NCBI GenBank assembly: GCA_002700095.1
Contig: PACL01000080.1
Location: 114,753-178,752 of the forward strand
DNA: 64,000 bases
Reading direction: 5' to 3'
Source: Fulvimarina sp.
GTDB lineage: Bacteria > Pseudomonadota > Alphaproteobacteria > Rhizobiales > Rhizobiaceae
The translations under genes were made by a program, and so were the position numbers. Under the pieces are notes generated by a model, which did not search any database, was not told the origin of the DNA, and was given only the letters and a program-made list of their open reading frames with translations. Shown here one piece after another: positions 44,107-54,741 of the stretch (the first letter of the stretch is position 1; every line of letters starts with the position of its first letter).

Positions 44107-46116
44107 TCAGTGCTTCACCATCCGGCCGGCCGCCTCGACGACAGCCTCGGCGGTGATGCCGAACTTCTCGTAGACCTGAGGGGCCGGCGCCGAGGCGCCG
44201 AAGCCGTGCATGCCGATGAAGTGGCCGTCCTCGCCGATCCAGCGATCCCAGCCGAGCCGGGCCGCCGCCTCGATGGCGATGCGCGGCGCGGTGCCGAGAA
44301 CCTGCTTGCGATAGGCCGCGTCCTGCTCCTCGAAGAGCTCCCAGCAGGGCATCGAGACGACCGCGACCTTCATGCCCTTTTCCTCGAGGGTCTTCGCAGC
44401 CGCGACGGCGATCTCCACCTCTGTGCCGGTGGACAGGATCGTCAGATCCCGCGTCCCATCGGCCTCCTTGAGAACATAGGCGCCCTTGCGGGTCTTGTTC
44501 TCGGCCGTGTCGCCGGATCGGACCGTCGGGATGCCCTGCCGCGACAGCGCCATCACGGAGGGCCGCTTAGTCTCCCCCATGGCGATCTCCCAGGCCTCGT
44601 TGGTCTCGACCGCATCGGCGGGGCGGAACAAGAGGAGGTTCGGCGTCGCCCGGTGAATCGCCAGATGCTCGACCGGCTGGTGCGTCGGGCCGTCCTCGCC
44701 GAGGCCGATCGAGTCATGGGTCATGACGTAGACGACCCGGATGCCCATCAGCGCCGAGAGGCGGATCGCCCCGCGGGCGTAGTCGGTGAAGCACATGAAG
44801 GTGCCGCCATAGGGGATGAACCCGCCATGCAGCGCGAGGCCGTTCATCACCGCGGCCATGCCGTGCTCACGGATACCGTAGCGGATGTAGCGGCCGGCAT
44901 AGTCGCCGGGGGTGATGTCGGTGAGGCCCTTGGTCTTGGTGTTGTTCGAGGGCGTCAGATCCGCCGAGCCGCCGATGGTCAGCTTGGTCGCGCCGTTGAT
45001 CACCTCGAGCGCCATCTCGGAGGCCTTACGGGTCGCGACCTTCGGCTGCTCCGAGACTATCTCGGCACGCGCTTTCGCCATCAACTCGGCGAGGTTTTCC
45101 GGCAGGGTCGTCGCATAGCGGGTTTCGAACTCGGCCTTGTTCGGCGCGGCGTCGCGGGTCTTCTCCCAGGCTTCACGGGCCTCGCGGCCCTTCTGGGCGG
45201 CAGCATGCCAGGCTTCGGTGATCGGCTCGGGGATGACGAAGGGCTCCGACGTCCAGCCGAGATGCTTGCGGGTCGCCGCGACCTCGTCCTTGCCCAGCGC
45301 GTTGCCATGCACCTTGTCGGTGCCCTGCAGGTTCGGGGCGCCGTAGCCGATGATGGTGCGGCAGGCGATGAAGGCCGGCTTGTCGCTCTTGCGGGCTTCT
45401 TCGATCACCTTCTCGATCGCCTCGGGGTCGTGGCCGTCGACGCTGAACGTGTTCCAGCCATGGGCGTCGAAACGCTCGATCTGGTCGATCGAGGTGGACA
45501 GCTTGGTGTCGCCGTCGATGGAGATGTGGTTGTCGTCGAAGAAATAGATCAGCTTGTTGAGCTTGAGGTGGCCGGCGAGGTCGATCGCCTCGTGGGAGAT
45601 GCCCTCCATGAGGCAGCCATCGCCGCAGAAGACGTAGGTGTAGTGGTCAACGAGGTCCTCGCCGAAGCGGGCGGCCATCATCTTCTCGGCGAGCGCCATG
45701 CCGACCGCCATGGTGATTCCCTGGCCGAGCGGGCCTGTGGTCGCCTCAATGCCGGCGGCGTGGCCGTATTCCGGATGGCCGGCCGTGCGGCTGCCGAGCT
45801 GGCGGAAATTCTCGATCTCCTCGATCGACATCTCCGGGAAGCCGAGCAGGTGCATGACCGAATATTGCAGCATCGATCCATGTCCGTTGGACAGGACGAA
45901 GCGGTCGCGATTCGGCCATTCCGGCTGGCTCGGGTCGACGCGCAGGAACTTCGAGAACAGCACCGCGGCGACGTCGGCCATGCCCATCGGCATGCCGGGA
46001 TGGCCGGAATTCGCCTTCTGGACGGCATCCATCGAGAGCGCGCGGATGGCGTTTGCCATGTCGCGGAGCGAGACGCCCGCCATCTCGTGGGGCGATTTTT
46101 CAACGGCTTGGGACAT
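44107..46116 (-). CDS. cbbT: transketolase
   Basis: 669 aa: [27 protein letters not shown]. Confidence 0.97.
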   Translation of the reverse strand: MSQAVEKSPHEMAGVSLRDMANAIRALSMDAVQKANSGHPGMPMGMADVAAVLFSKFLRVDPSQPEWPNRDRFVLSNGHGSMLQYSVMHLLGFPEMSIEEIENFRQLGSRTAGHPEYGHAAGIEATTGPLGQGITMAVGMALAEKMMAARFGEDLVDHYTYVFCGDGCLMEGISHEAIDLAGHLKLNKLIYFFDDNHISIDGDTKLSTSIDQIERFDAHGWNTFSVDGHDPEAIEKVIEEARKSDKPAFIACRTIIGYGAPNLQGTDKVHGNALGKDEVAATRKHLGWTSEPFVIPEPITEAWHAAAQKGREAREAWEKTRDAAPNKAEFETRYATTLPENLAELMAKARAEIVSEQPKVATRKASEMALEVINGATKLTIGGSADLTPSNNTKTKGLTDITPGDYAGRYIRYGIREHGMAAVMNGLALHGGFIPYGGTFMCFTDYARGAIRLSALMGIRVVYVMTHDSIGLGEDGPTHQPVEHLAIHRATPNLLLFRPADAVETNEAWEIAMGETKRPSVMALSRQGIPTVRSGDTAENKTRKGAYVLKEADGTRDLTILSTGTEVEIAVAAAKTLEEKGMKVAVVSMPCWELFEEQDAAYRKQVLGTAPRIAIEAAARLGWDRWIGEDGHFIGMHGFGASAPAPQVYEKFGITAEAVVEAAGRMVKH

Positions 46117-46146
46117 GATGTCTTCCCTTGGAATCTCTTTTCGAGC

Positions 46147-47019
46147 TCAGGACGCGCGACGTTTCTTTTCCATCAGCTGGAGGATCAGCGGCGTCAGAAT
46201 GAGCTGCATTGCGATGTCGAGCTTGTTGCCCGGCGCAACGATGGAGTTGGCTCGGGACATGAAGCTCCCGTGGATCATAGATAGAAGATAGGGAAAATCG
46301 ATGCCCCGGGGTTTGGCGAAGCGGATGACGATCATGGATTCGTCCGGCGTCGGGATCCAGCGAGCGATGAACGGGTCCGAGGTGTCGACGATCGGCACGC
46401 GCTGGAAGTTGATGTCGGTGCGGGCGAACTGCGGACAGATGTATTTCACGTAGTCCGGCATGCGCCGCAGGATCGTGTCCATCACCGCCTCGGTCGAATA
46501 GCCTCTCGTCGCCTTGTCGCGGTGGATCTTCTGGATCCATTCGAGATTGATCACCGGAACGACGCCGATCTTCAGGTCGACGAGCGGCGCCAGATCGACG
46601 GTGTCGGTCTTCACGCAGCCATGCAGGCCCTCGTAGAAGAGCAGGTCGCTCTCCTCCAGCGGCGCCCAGGCGGAAAAGGTGCCGGGCTCGCCGCCGTAGA
46701 GCTGGGCCTCGTCCTGGTCGTGGATGTAGTGACGGGTTTCGCCCCTGCCCTTGCGGCCGAAGTCCTGGAACACCTCCTGCAGCTTTTCCAGGACATTGGC
46801 CTCGGGGCTGAAATGCGAGAAGTCGCGGTTGCCCCGGGACTCCTCGTCCAGCATCTTGGCCTTCATCGCCTGGCGGTCGTAGCGGTGGAAGGCGTCGCCC
46901 TCGATGAAGGCGGCCCGGACGTCCTCGCGGCGGAAGATCTGGTCGAAGATCTTCTTCACTGAGGTGGTGCCGGCGCCGGACGAGCCGGTGATTGCGATGA
47001 TCGGATGCTTCGCGGACAT
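46147..47019 (-). CDS. cbbP: phosphoribulokinase
   Basis: 290 aa, with the P-loop IAITGSSGAGTTSV. Confidence 0.96.
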   Translation of the reverse strand: MSAKHPIIAITGSSGAGTTSVKKIFDQIFRREDVRAAFIEGDAFHRYDRQAMKAKMLDEESRGNRDFSHFSPEANVLEKLQEVFQDFGRKGRGETRHYIHDQDEAQLYGGEPGTFSAWAPLEESDLLFYEGLHGCVKTDTVDLAPLVDLKIGVVPVINLEWIQKIHRDKATRGYSTEAVMDTILRRMPDYVKYICPQFARTDINFQRVPIVDTSDPFIARWIPTPDESMIVIRFAKPRGIDFPYLLSMIHGSFMSRANSIVAPGNKLDIAMQLILTPLILQLMEKKRRAS

Positions 47020-47073
47020 CTGGTTTCCCTCCCGGATCCCGATGCGCCTCCCAACGCAGCGGGTCGAATTTTT

Positions 47074-48111
47074 TCACGCCCTGAACAGGCTCCGCTTGCC
47101 GAACAGCGGCGAGCGCTCGGCCAGTGCCGAGGGATCGACGATGTATCTCGCCACCCGCTCGACCTCGCGCTTCGATCCGAACACAAGCGGCGTGCGGTCG
47201 TGAAGCCCCTCCGGCACGATGTCGAGGATCCGCGTCGTCCCGTCCGTGGCCAGGCCGCCGGCATTCTCGACGCAGAAGGCGATCGGGTTGGCCTCGTAGA
47301 CGAGCCTGAGGCGGCCCTTGGAGTAGCCTTTGCGACCGTCGCCCGGATAGAGGAAGATCCCGCCGCGCAAGAGGATGCGGTAGCAGTCGGCGACCATTGA
47401 GGCGATCCAACGCATGTTGAAGTCGCGCTCGCGCGGGCCCTCGCTGCCGGCGAGAAGGTCGTCGACATAGCTGCGGATCGGCTGGTCCCAGTGGCGGTAG
47501 TTCGAGGCGTTGATGGCGAATTCCTTCGCCTTGTCGAGAAGCACCAGCGAGGACTTCAATTCGACGAAGCCGCCGAAGCTCGGCGAGAAGATGAAGACAT
47601 GGGTGCCGTTGCCCATCGACATGACGAGCAGGAGCTGCGGCCCGTAGACGAAGAAGCCGGCACCGAGCTGCGCCGAGCCCTTCTGCCGGAACACGGAAGC
47701 CGGATCGCCGCGATGCTCGTCCCCCACTGGCAGGATCGAGAAGATCGTTCCGATGGAGACATTGGTCTCGATGTTGGAGGAGCCGTCGAGCGGATCGATC
47801 GCGATGGCAAGCGGGGCGTCCGGCTTCAGCGTGACGGCCTCGTCCTGCTCCTCGGAGCCGAAGAAGGCGATCGGCGATGCTTCGGCCGCCTCGAGAAAGA
47901 CCTTGTCGGCGACGACGTCGAGTTCCTTCTGGACGTCGCCACCGGCATTCGTCGCGCCGTGGGCGTTGCCCATGCCCTCGCCTCCGGCGAGGATTTTGTT
48001 GCGGAGCTTGATCGAGGCGCCGCACAGATTGCGGATGGTGTCGGCGACCTGTCGCTTCAGCGGGTCGCTGCCGTATTCCGAACTCAAATGTGCGTCGAGA
48101 GACGATGCCAT
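47074..48111 (-). CDS. cbbF: class 1 fructose-1,6-/sedoheptulose-1,7-bisphosphatase
   Basis: Contains AIDPLDGSSNIE. The ATG at 48111 is preceded by GGAGGAAA; the alternative ATG at 48123 has no RBS. Confidence 0.95.
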   Translation of the reverse strand: MASSLDAHLSSEYGSDPLKRQVADTIRNLCGASIKLRNKILAGGEGMGNAHGATNAGGDVQKELDVVADKVFLEAAEASPIAFFGSEEQDEAVTLKPDAPLAIAIDPLDGSSNIETNVSIGTIFSILPVGDEHRGDPASVFRQKGSAQLGAGFFVYGPQLLLVMSMGNGTHVFIFSPSFGGFVELKSSLVLLDKAKEFAINASNYRHWDQPIRSYVDDLLAGSEGPRERDFNMRWIASMVADCYRILLRGGIFLYPGDGRKGYSKGRLRLVYEANPIAFCVENAGGLATDGTTRILDIVPEGLHDRTPLVFGSKREVERVARYIVDPSALAERSPLFGKRSLFRA

Positions 48112-48123
48112 GCTTTCCTCCAT

Positions 48124-48239
48124 GGAGCTGCGGGGTTCTGCGCCCCGCTCGCCCTGTGTTGAGGACGATGGACGCGCAGATTGGATAAGTAAAATTTATT
48201 ATCTTTACGCAAGCCGTAAAACAAAATAACTACGGTGTC
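48124..48239. promoter_or_regulatory. divergent cbbR/cbbF control region with candidate LysR (T-N11-A) box
   Basis: This is the most AT-rich 116 bp I noticed in the window (by eye). It contains TTTACG-caagc-CGTAAA (48204..48220) and an ATAAGTAAAATTTATTAT stretch (48185..48202). Confidence 0.6.
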
Positions 48240-49187
48240 ATGCGGAACCTCACTCTTCGCCAATTGCGCTCGGTCCAGGCGATCAGCCGCCACGGGACGA
48301 TCGCCGCCGCCGCCAGGCAGCTGGGGCTGACGGCCCCGGCCGTGACCCTACAGGTGAAACAGATGGAGGACGATGTCGGTCTCGCCCTCTTCGACAGGAC
48401 GAGCGACGGAATGCGGCTGACGGTGGCCGGCACCGCCATCCTGGCCGCAGCCAACGCCATCGAGACGACCCTGCGGGGCCTCTCGGAAGAGATCGATTCG
48501 ATCAAGGGTGTGCGGTCCGGCACGATCAATCTGGGCGTCGTCTCCACGGCGAAATATTTCGCGCCGCGACTGATAGCGGCCTTCCGCGACGCCTATCCCG
48601 AGATCGAGATGAAGCTCAAGGTCGGCAATCGCCACGACATCATCGCCGACCTCAAGGACTACAAGCTGGACATTGCGCTGATGGGGCGCCCGCCGACGGA
48701 ATTTCCCGTCGCCTCCACCTTCTTCGGCGACCACCCGCTGGTGATCATCGCCGAGCCGGACCACCCCCTGGTCCGCGAGCGGGAGATCCGGCGCGAGCGG
48801 CTCTTAAGCGAACGCATCATCATCCGCGAGCAGGGCTCGGGCACGCGGACGGCGCTGGAAGGCTTCTTTGCCGGCGATCTCGAGCGGCTTGCATCCTGCA
48901 GCGTCGAGATGGGCTCCAACGAGACGATCAAGCAGGCGGTGATGGCCGGGCTCGGCATCGCTTTCATCTCTGCCCATACCATCGCCTTCGAGGTCGAGAT
49001 GGGGCGGATCGCGGTGCTCGACGTCGCCGAGATGCCGATCCGGCGCAAGTGGTACGCGGTCTGCCGCCAGGAGCGAATCGCCGCGCCGGCGGAAAGGGCG
49101 TTCAAGGCGTTCCTGGTCGAGCGGGGAGCGAAACACCTGCCGCTCCTCGACAAACTCTACCCGGCCGAGACGACGCCGGCGCAGTAG
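48240..49187 (+). CDS. cbbR: LysR-family activator of the cbb operon
   Basis: 315 aa. N-terminal HTH: LRQLRSVQAISRHGTIAAAARQLGLTAPAVTLQVKQME. Divergent from cbbF. Confidence 0.92.
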   Translation: MRNLTLRQLRSVQAISRHGTIAAAARQLGLTAPAVTLQVKQMEDDVGLALFDRTSDGMRLTVAGTAILAAANAIETTLRGLSEEIDSIKGVRSGTINLGVVSTAKYFAPRLIAAFRDAYPEIEMKLKVGNRHDIIADLKDYKLDIALMGRPPTEFPVASTFFGDHPLVIIAEPDHPLVREREIRRERLLSERIIIREQGSGTRTALEGFFAGDLERLASCSVEMGSNETIKQAVMAGLGIAFISAHTIAFEVEMGRIAVLDVAEMPIRRKWYAVCRQERIAAPAERAFKAFLVERGAKHLPLLDKLYPAETTPAQ

Positions 49188-49199
49188 CTCTTCCTGCCG

Positions 49200-49242
49200 C
49201 ATGATCGTTTGTCAAAACCGGTTCCCACTTTCCGGGATCATG
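49200..49242. repeat. 43-bp palindromic intergenic repeat (family 3, copy 2)
   Basis: CATGATCGTTTGTCAAAACCGGTTCCCACTTTCCGGGATCATG. Its reverse complement matches 3004..3046. It lies between the convergent cbbR and idi. Confidence 0.75.
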
Positions 49243-49267
49243 CTCTGGCGCCTCGCGCAAAGGTCGC

Positions 49268-50335
49268 TCACGGGGCGAAATGCGGCGGAGCGACCAGAGG
49301 TGCCTGCTTCAGCGCCGCGAGATCGGGCGATCCCGTGCAGAAGCAGGCGATCCGCAGCTCCTCGACGACGCCGGAAAAATGCGCCACGGCCGCTTCCGCC
49401 GACCGGTCCGCCGCCGCCAGCGAAGCCGCCGCCTGGCCGCAGACATCGGCGCCGAGACGGATCGCTCGCGCGACGTCGAGGCCGGTCCTGATGCCGCCGG
49501 AGCCGATCAACATCGTCGCGGGACAGGCCGCCCGCACCGCGGCGATGGCCTCTGCCGTCGGGATGCCCCAGTCTGCGAAGACCATGGCGGTCTTCTTCAG
49601 CCGCGCATCCTCGGAGCGCTCGCCCTCCACGGCGGCCCAGCTGGTGCCGCCGGCCCCCGCGACGTCGATCGCCGCCACCCCGATCTCGACGAGCCGGCGC
49701 GCCAGCCGCGCCGAGATCCCCGCCCCGACTTCCTTGACGACAACCGGCATCGGAAGCTCGCGGGCGAGCGCTTCGATCCCGGCGCAGATCCCCCGCCAAT
49801 CCGTGTCGCCGCCGGCCTGAACCGCTTCCTGCAACGGGTTGAGGTGGACGATCAGCGCGTCGGCCGCGATCATGTCCACCGCGCGCATCGCCTCCGTCCG
49901 TCCGTAGCCGAGGCCGAGCTGCGCGGCCCCGACATTGGCGAGGATCGGAACGCTCGGGGCAAGCCGGCGCAGCGTCGCGTCGAGGCCGCCGCTCGCCCTG
50001 CCCTCGATGGCGATGCGCTGCGAGCCGACGGCGAAGGCGATGCCGAGTTCTTCGGCGGCTTCGGCCAGATGGGCGTTGATCGTGGCCGCACGCTCCGGCC
50101 CGCCGGTCATCGAGGAGATCAGCAGCGGCGCCCTAAGGCGCTTGCCGAGGAAGTTCGCGGACAGGTCGATCTCGCCGAGGGCAAGCTCCGGCAGCGCGCA
50201 GTGCTCGAAGCGAATCGCCTCGAGACCGGAGGTGACGCGGTCGGTTCCGCCCGCGCCGGCGAGCACGATGTCGATGTGATCGCTCTTGCGACCGGAGATG
50301 TCGCTGCCTTTCGGCCGGTCGTGCTGGTCGCTCAT
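49268..50335 (-). CDS. fni: type 2 (FMN-dependent) isopentenyl-diphosphate isomerase
   Basis: 355 aa from the ATG at 50335: [13 protein letters not shown]-barrel FMN pattern (..[10 protein letters not shown].., ..[13 protein letters not shown]..). Confidence 0.9.
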   Translation of the reverse strand: MSDQHDRPKGSDISGRKSDHIDIVLAGAGGTDRVTSGLEAIRFEHCALPELALGEIDLSANFLGKRLRAPLLISSMTGGPERAATINAHLAEAAEELGIAFAVGSQRIAIEGRASGGLDATLRRLAPSVPILANVGAAQLGLGYGRTEAMRAVDMIAADALIVHLNPLQEAVQAGGDTDWRGICAGIEALARELPMPVVVKEVGAGISARLARRLVEIGVAAIDVAGAGGTSWAAVEGERSEDARLKKTAMVFADWGIPTAEAIAAVRAACPATMLIGSGGIRTGLDVARAIRLGADVCGQAAASLAAADRSAEAAVAHFSGVVEELRIACFCTGSPDLAALKQAPLVAPPHFAP

Positions 50336-50644
50336 CGCACTCTGGTCATCGAGGATCGCAGTCCAATCGTCGCAGGCGGCGCGCCGGCCCCCTGCCGCTT
50401 CGTCGCCATCTTCCCGGCAGCCCGCTATTGTCCATGGCGAAATCGTTTGCAACGATACCCGGAACCCGGCCCGTGCCATCCACCGGGTTCAGCCCGACGC
50501 CTGCGGGGTGTTATAAATGGCTGTCGGCAAGGCAAGTTTCCCGTTATGAGTCGCGGCAGTCAATTGCCGGGTACGAGGCATGGAGTTCAGGACGATCGTG
50601 GCAATCGGAGAATGCGCGTCTGACCGTCCGGGGGCAATCCCCCG

Positions 50645-51601
50645 ATGTACCCCGGCATCGTCGGTGCCGCGATGACGCCGGAACTCAAGCGTAGCCTCGC
50701 TGCACAGCGCGAGATCATCGACGAACGGCTCGCCCGGCTCGTTCCCCGCGCCCTCCCGGGCCAGACGGCACTCGACGAGGCCATTGCCGCGAGCGTTCTC
50801 GCCCCCGGCAAGCGCCTGCGACCGATGATGACGGTCATGGTGGCGAGGGATCTCGGCGGCGACGTGGACGTGGCAGTCGATGCCGGCTGCGCCATCGAGA
50901 TGGTGCATGCCGCCTCGCTGACCCTCGACGACCTGCCCTCTATGGACGACGCATCGCTGCGCCGCGGCCGGCCGGCCGTGCACGCCGCCTATGGCGAGGA
51001 CGTCGCGATCCTCGCGGCCATAGCGGCCCTCTCCGGCGCGTTCGAGACGCTGGCGAAACTCTCCGGCGCGAGCGACGCCGTGCGCTCGCAGAGCGTCGTG
51101 ATCCTGACGAGGGCCGTGGGCGTGTCCGGCCTCGTTGCCGGGCAGCTCGCCGACCTGCGCGACGGGGCACATCAGCGCGACGTGACGGACATCGCCGCGA
51201 CCAACAGCCTGAAGACCGGCTCGCTGTTCTCGGCGGCGGTGGAGATCGGCGCGGTCGTCGCGGGCGCCGACCACGGCGTGCGGATCGCGCTGCGCAACTT
51301 CGCCACCGAGATCGGCCACGCCTTCCAGCTTCTCGACGACCTGCTCGACCAGGACGTCAATGCCGGCCGTACCGGCAAGGACGTCGGGAAGGATATCGGC
51401 AAGTCGACCATCGGTTCGGTCATCGGCAGCGAATCGGTGGTGGGACGGATCGGGGCTCACGTCGCGAGAGCGCACGATTTCCTGAACGAATCCGTCGGGT
51501 CGAAGAGCTTGATGCATGGCTGCGTCGACTTCATCTTTGAGGAAGCGATGCCCGGCACCGCAGGGTCGTCCCTTCGCCCCCAGGATGCCGGCGCACAATG
51601 A
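50645..51601 (+). CDS. crtE: geranylgeranyl diphosphate synthase
   Basis: 318 aa. First Asp-rich motif HAASLTLDDLPSMDDASLRRGRP and second motif FQLLDDLLD. Start uncertain (alternative ATG at 50672). Confidence 0.92.
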   Translation: MYPGIVGAAMTPELKRSLAAQREIIDERLARLVPRALPGQTALDEAIAASVLAPGKRLRPMMTVMVARDLGGDVDVAVDAGCAIEMVHAASLTLDDLPSMDDASLRRGRPAVHAAYGEDVAILAAIAALSGAFETLAKLSGASDAVRSQSVVILTRAVGVSGLVAGQLADLRDGAHQRDVTDIAATNSLKTGSLFSAAVEIGAVVAGADHGVRIALRNFATEIGHAFQLLDDLLDQDVNAGRTGKDVGKDIGKSTIGSVIGSESVVGRIGAHVARAHDFLNESVGSKSLMHGCVDFIFEEAMPGTAGSSLRPQDAGAQ

Positions 51602-51674
51602 CCCCGTCACGCTTCGGGCCATGCCATTGGCGGAAGCCTCCGTCGCTTCGGCAACGGCCCGATGGGAGAGACGC

Positions 51675-52211
51675 ATGAACCTGATGGACTATCTCGGCCT
51701 CGCCGCCGTCGCGATCTTCGTTTTCCTGGTGATGGAGGGCGTCGCCTGGGCGGCGCACAAATACATCATGCACGGCTTCGGCTGGGGCTGGCACAGGTCC
51801 CATCACGAGGAGACCGAAGGGCTCTTCGAAAAGAACGACCTCTACGCGGTGGTGTTCTCGGTCCTGTCGATCATCCTGTTCTTCGTCGCCTCCCAGGGAT
51901 ATCCGCTGGTCGGCGCGATCGCCGTCGGCATCACGCTCTACGGCATCTTCTATTTCGTCGTCCATGACGGGCTGGTGCACCAGCGCTGGCCATTCCGCGC
52001 CATTCCCCACCGTGGCTATGCCAAGCGCCTCGTCCAGGCGCACCGGCTGCATCACGCGGTCGAGGGCAAGGACGGCTGCGTCTCGTTCGGCTTCCTCTAT
52101 GCGCCGCCGGTGGAGAGCCTTTCGGCGGAGCTGCGCCGCCGCGGCACGGTCGCGGCCGAACGGCAGGCTCGCAAGAGCGAACCGTCAGAAACGCGTTCGA
52201 CGATCGCCTGA
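51675..52211 (+). CDS. crtZ: beta-carotene 3-hydroxylase
   Basis: 178 aa from the ATG at 51675. His boxes AHKYIMHGFGWGWHRSHH, VHDGLVHQRWPF and HRLHHA. Confidence 0.93.
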   Translation: MNLMDYLGLAAVAIFVFLVMEGVAWAAHKYIMHGFGWGWHRSHHEETEGLFEKNDLYAVVFSVLSIILFFVASQGYPLVGAIAVGITLYGIFYFVVHDGLVHQRWPFRAIPHRGYAKRLVQAHRLHHAVEGKDGCVSFGFLYAPPVESLSAELRRRGTVAAERQARKSEPSETRSTIA

Positions 52212-53210
52212 AGACTTCTCTTCATCCGCCGCTCGTCCACGCGGACGCGTCCACAGTTCCGGCGGCCGCCGCGACGGCCAAGGCGGCCTCGTGATGGCGA
52301 CCTTCGTCGCGCCCAGCGCGACATGGCGCAGTTTGGCAGCCTTGCCGGTCGACTGCCTGGTTCCGTAGGCCGATGCCCCGCGCGCCTTGAGGTCGATCCC
52401 GATCTGCCGATAGACGCCGTGGGCCATCGCCACCGCCCAGGCGGAGCGGGCCGGCAGGGCGCCGAGGCCGACGAGTGCCGAGCGGTAATAGGGCTCGGCG
52501 AGATCGACGAGCCGCGCCGCCACCTCTGCGACGGCGCGCCTGTGGGCCGGATCGGCGAGATCTTCGGCGCGCAGCCCCGCCTCCGCCAGCCAGGCGTCCG
52601 GAATGTAGATGCGGTCGGCGCGGGCGTCCTCGACGATGTCGCGGGCGATGTTCGTCAGCTGGAAGGCGATGCCGAGATCGCTCGCCCGGTCGAGCGCCAC
52701 CTCGTGCCGCGCCCCCATGATCAGCGCCATCATCACCCCGACCACGCCGGCCACGCGGTAGCAATAGCCGAGCGTCGCCTCGATGGTCTCGTAGCGCTCG
52801 CCCCCGACATCCATGCGGTAGCCTTCGAGGTGCTCGATCAGCAGCCGCCGCGGCAGCGCGTGGCGATGCACGACGTCGGCGACCGAGAGGAAGGCCGGAT
52901 CCAGAGCCGTCTCGCCGTCGAGGGCCCGCATCGTGTCGATGACGATCCGGTTGAGCCGCTCCATCGGCTCGGCCAGCTCCGCCACGGGACGACGGGTAAA
53001 GCCGAGTTGCTGCCCGTCGATCACGTCGTCGCAGTGGCGGCACCAGGCGTAGAGCATCATGGCGCTGCGCCGGATCTCCGGCGAAAACAGACGAGCCGCT
53101 GCGGCAAAGCTCTTCGAACCCCTGGAAATCGTGGCTTCGGCGAGGGCGGCAAGCTCCTCCCTGTCGGCCCTGGCGAGTGGCGGATGCGTCGGATCGGTTG
53201 CAAGCGACAT
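52185..53210 (-). CDS. crtB: phytoene synthase
   Basis: 341 aa from the ATG at 53210 (a TTG at 53225 is also open). Motifs SKSFAAAARLF and YAWCRHCDDVID. The basic C-terminal tail overlaps the crtZ 3' end by 27 bp. Confidence 0.93.
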   Translation of the reverse strand: MSLATDPTHPPLARADREELAALAEATISRGSKSFAAAARLFSPEIRRSAMMLYAWCRHCDDVIDGQQLGFTRRPVAELAEPMERLNRIVIDTMRALDGETALDPAFLSVADVVHRHALPRRLLIEHLEGYRMDVGGERYETIEATLGYCYRVAGVVGVMMALIMGARHEVALDRASDLGIAFQLTNIARDIVEDARADRIYIPDAWLAEAGLRAEDLADPAHRRAVAEVAARLVDLAEPYYRSALVGLGALPARSAWAVAMAHGVYRQIGIDLKARGASAYGTRQSTGKAAKLRHVALGATKVAITRPPWPSRRPPELWTRPRGRAADEEKSSGDRRTRF

Positions 53211-53214
53211 CAAA

Positions 53215-54741
53215 TCAGTCCGCAAGATCCGCGATCATCAGCCCGGCCGTCGCCTTGGCGGAGCCGACCACCCCCGGAACGCCGGCGCCCGGATGGGTGC
53301 CCGCTCCGACGAAGTAGAGGTTGGGAATGACGTCGTCGCGGTTGTGCGGCCGGAACCAGGCGCTCTGGGTCAGCACCGGATCGAGCGAGAAGGCCGAGCC
53401 GAGATGGGCGTTCAGCTCCGACTTGAAGTCGGCGGGCGTGAAGATCCGGCAGGTGGCGAGATCGGCCTTCAGGCCGGGGATGTAGCGTTCCTCAAGATAG
53501 GCGAGGATCCGGTCCCGGTAGAGCGGGCCCTCCCGCTCCCAGTCGATGTCGGCATTGCCGAGATGGGGCACCGGTGACAGGACGTAGAAGGCCCCTGCTC
53601 CCGCCGGCGCCAGCGACGGATCGGTGACGCAGGGGTTGTGCAGATAGAGCGAGAAGTCGCCGGGCAGATCCTTGCCGTTGAAGATGTCGGCGATGAGTTC
53701 GCGGTAGCGCGCGCCGAAGCACACCGTGTGGTGCCGGATGTCCGGCCGGTGGGTCTTGAGACCGAAATAGATGACGAAGAGCGACATGGAGAACCGCTTC
53801 TTCTTCAGGCGCTTGGCCTCCGAGGCGCCGCGCCCGCTGCTGCCCATGAGGCCGCCATAGGTGTGAACCACGTCGGCATTGGAGGCGACGCAGTCGGCCG
53901 CGAGCCGGCGGCCGTCCTGCAGCCGGACGGCGGACGCCCGACCGTTTTCCATCTCGATCTCGGCGACCTCGGCGGAGAGTTCGATCCGCCCGCCGATGTC
54001 GGTGAAGAGCTTCACCATGCCGGCGACCAGCGCGCCGGTGCCGCCGCGGGCGAACCAGACCCCCCATTGCCGCTCCAGCGCATGGATCAGCGCGTAGATC
54101 GACGAGGTCGCGAAGGGATTGCCGCCGACCAGCAGGGAGTGGAACGAGAAGGTCTGGCGCAGCTGTTCGTCCTGGATGAAGTCCGCGACCTTGGCATAGA
54201 CGCTCTTCCAGGCCTGCAGCCGGGCGAGCTGGGGCCCGGCGCGGATCATGTCGCGGAAGGACAGAAACGGCACGGTGCCGAGCTTCTCGTAGCCCTCCCG
54301 AAAGACGTCCTTGGAATAGGCGAGAAAGCGGCGGTAGCCCTCGACGTCGGCGGGATTGAAGTCGAGGATCTGCCGGTCGAGCTCGGCCTGGTCGTTGACG
54401 TAGTCGAAGAAGCGGCCGTCCTCCCAGCACAGCCGGTAGAAGGGCGAGACCGGCAGCAGCTCGACATAGTCGGACATCTTGCGGCCGGCAGCCGTGAACA
54501 GCTCCTCCAGCGCCGACGGATCGGTGATCACCGTCGTCCCGGCGTCGAAGACATAGCCGGCATCCTCGTAGACGTAAGCCCGACCGCCGGGCTTGTCGCG
54601 CTTTTCGACCAGCACGGTGTCGAAGCCCGCCGCCTGCAGGCGGATCGCCAAGGCAATGCCGCCGAAGCCGGCGCCGATCACCACGGCACTGCGACGACCG
54701 GTCGGCCGCTCATCCGTGGATCGCTCGAAGGCGGCGCTCAT
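53215..54741 (-). CDS. crtI: phytoene desaturase
   Basis: 508 aa with the FAD motif VVIGAGFGGIALAIRL. ATGA overlap with the crtY stop. Confidence 0.96.
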   Translation of the reverse strand: MSAAFERSTDERPTGRRSAVVIGAGFGGIALAIRLQAAGFDTVLVEKRDKPGGRAYVYEDAGYVFDAGTTVITDPSALEELFTAAGRKMSDYVELLPVSPFYRLCWEDGRFFDYVNDQAELDRQILDFNPADVEGYRRFLAYSKDVFREGYEKLGTVPFLSFRDMIRAGPQLARLQAWKSVYAKVADFIQDEQLRQTFSFHSLLVGGNPFATSSIYALIHALERQWGVWFARGGTGALVAGMVKLFTDIGGRIELSAEVAEIEMENGRASAVRLQDGRRLAADCVASNADVVHTYGGLMGSSGRGASEAKRLKKKRFSMSLFVIYFGLKTHRPDIRHHTVCFGARYRELIADIFNGKDLPGDFSLYLHNPCVTDPSLAPAGAGAFYVLSPVPHLGNADIDWEREGPLYRDRILAYLEERYIPGLKADLATCRIFTPADFKSELNAHLGSAFSLDPVLTQSAWFRPHNRDDVIPNLYFVGAGTHPGAGVPGVVGSAKATAGLMIADLAD

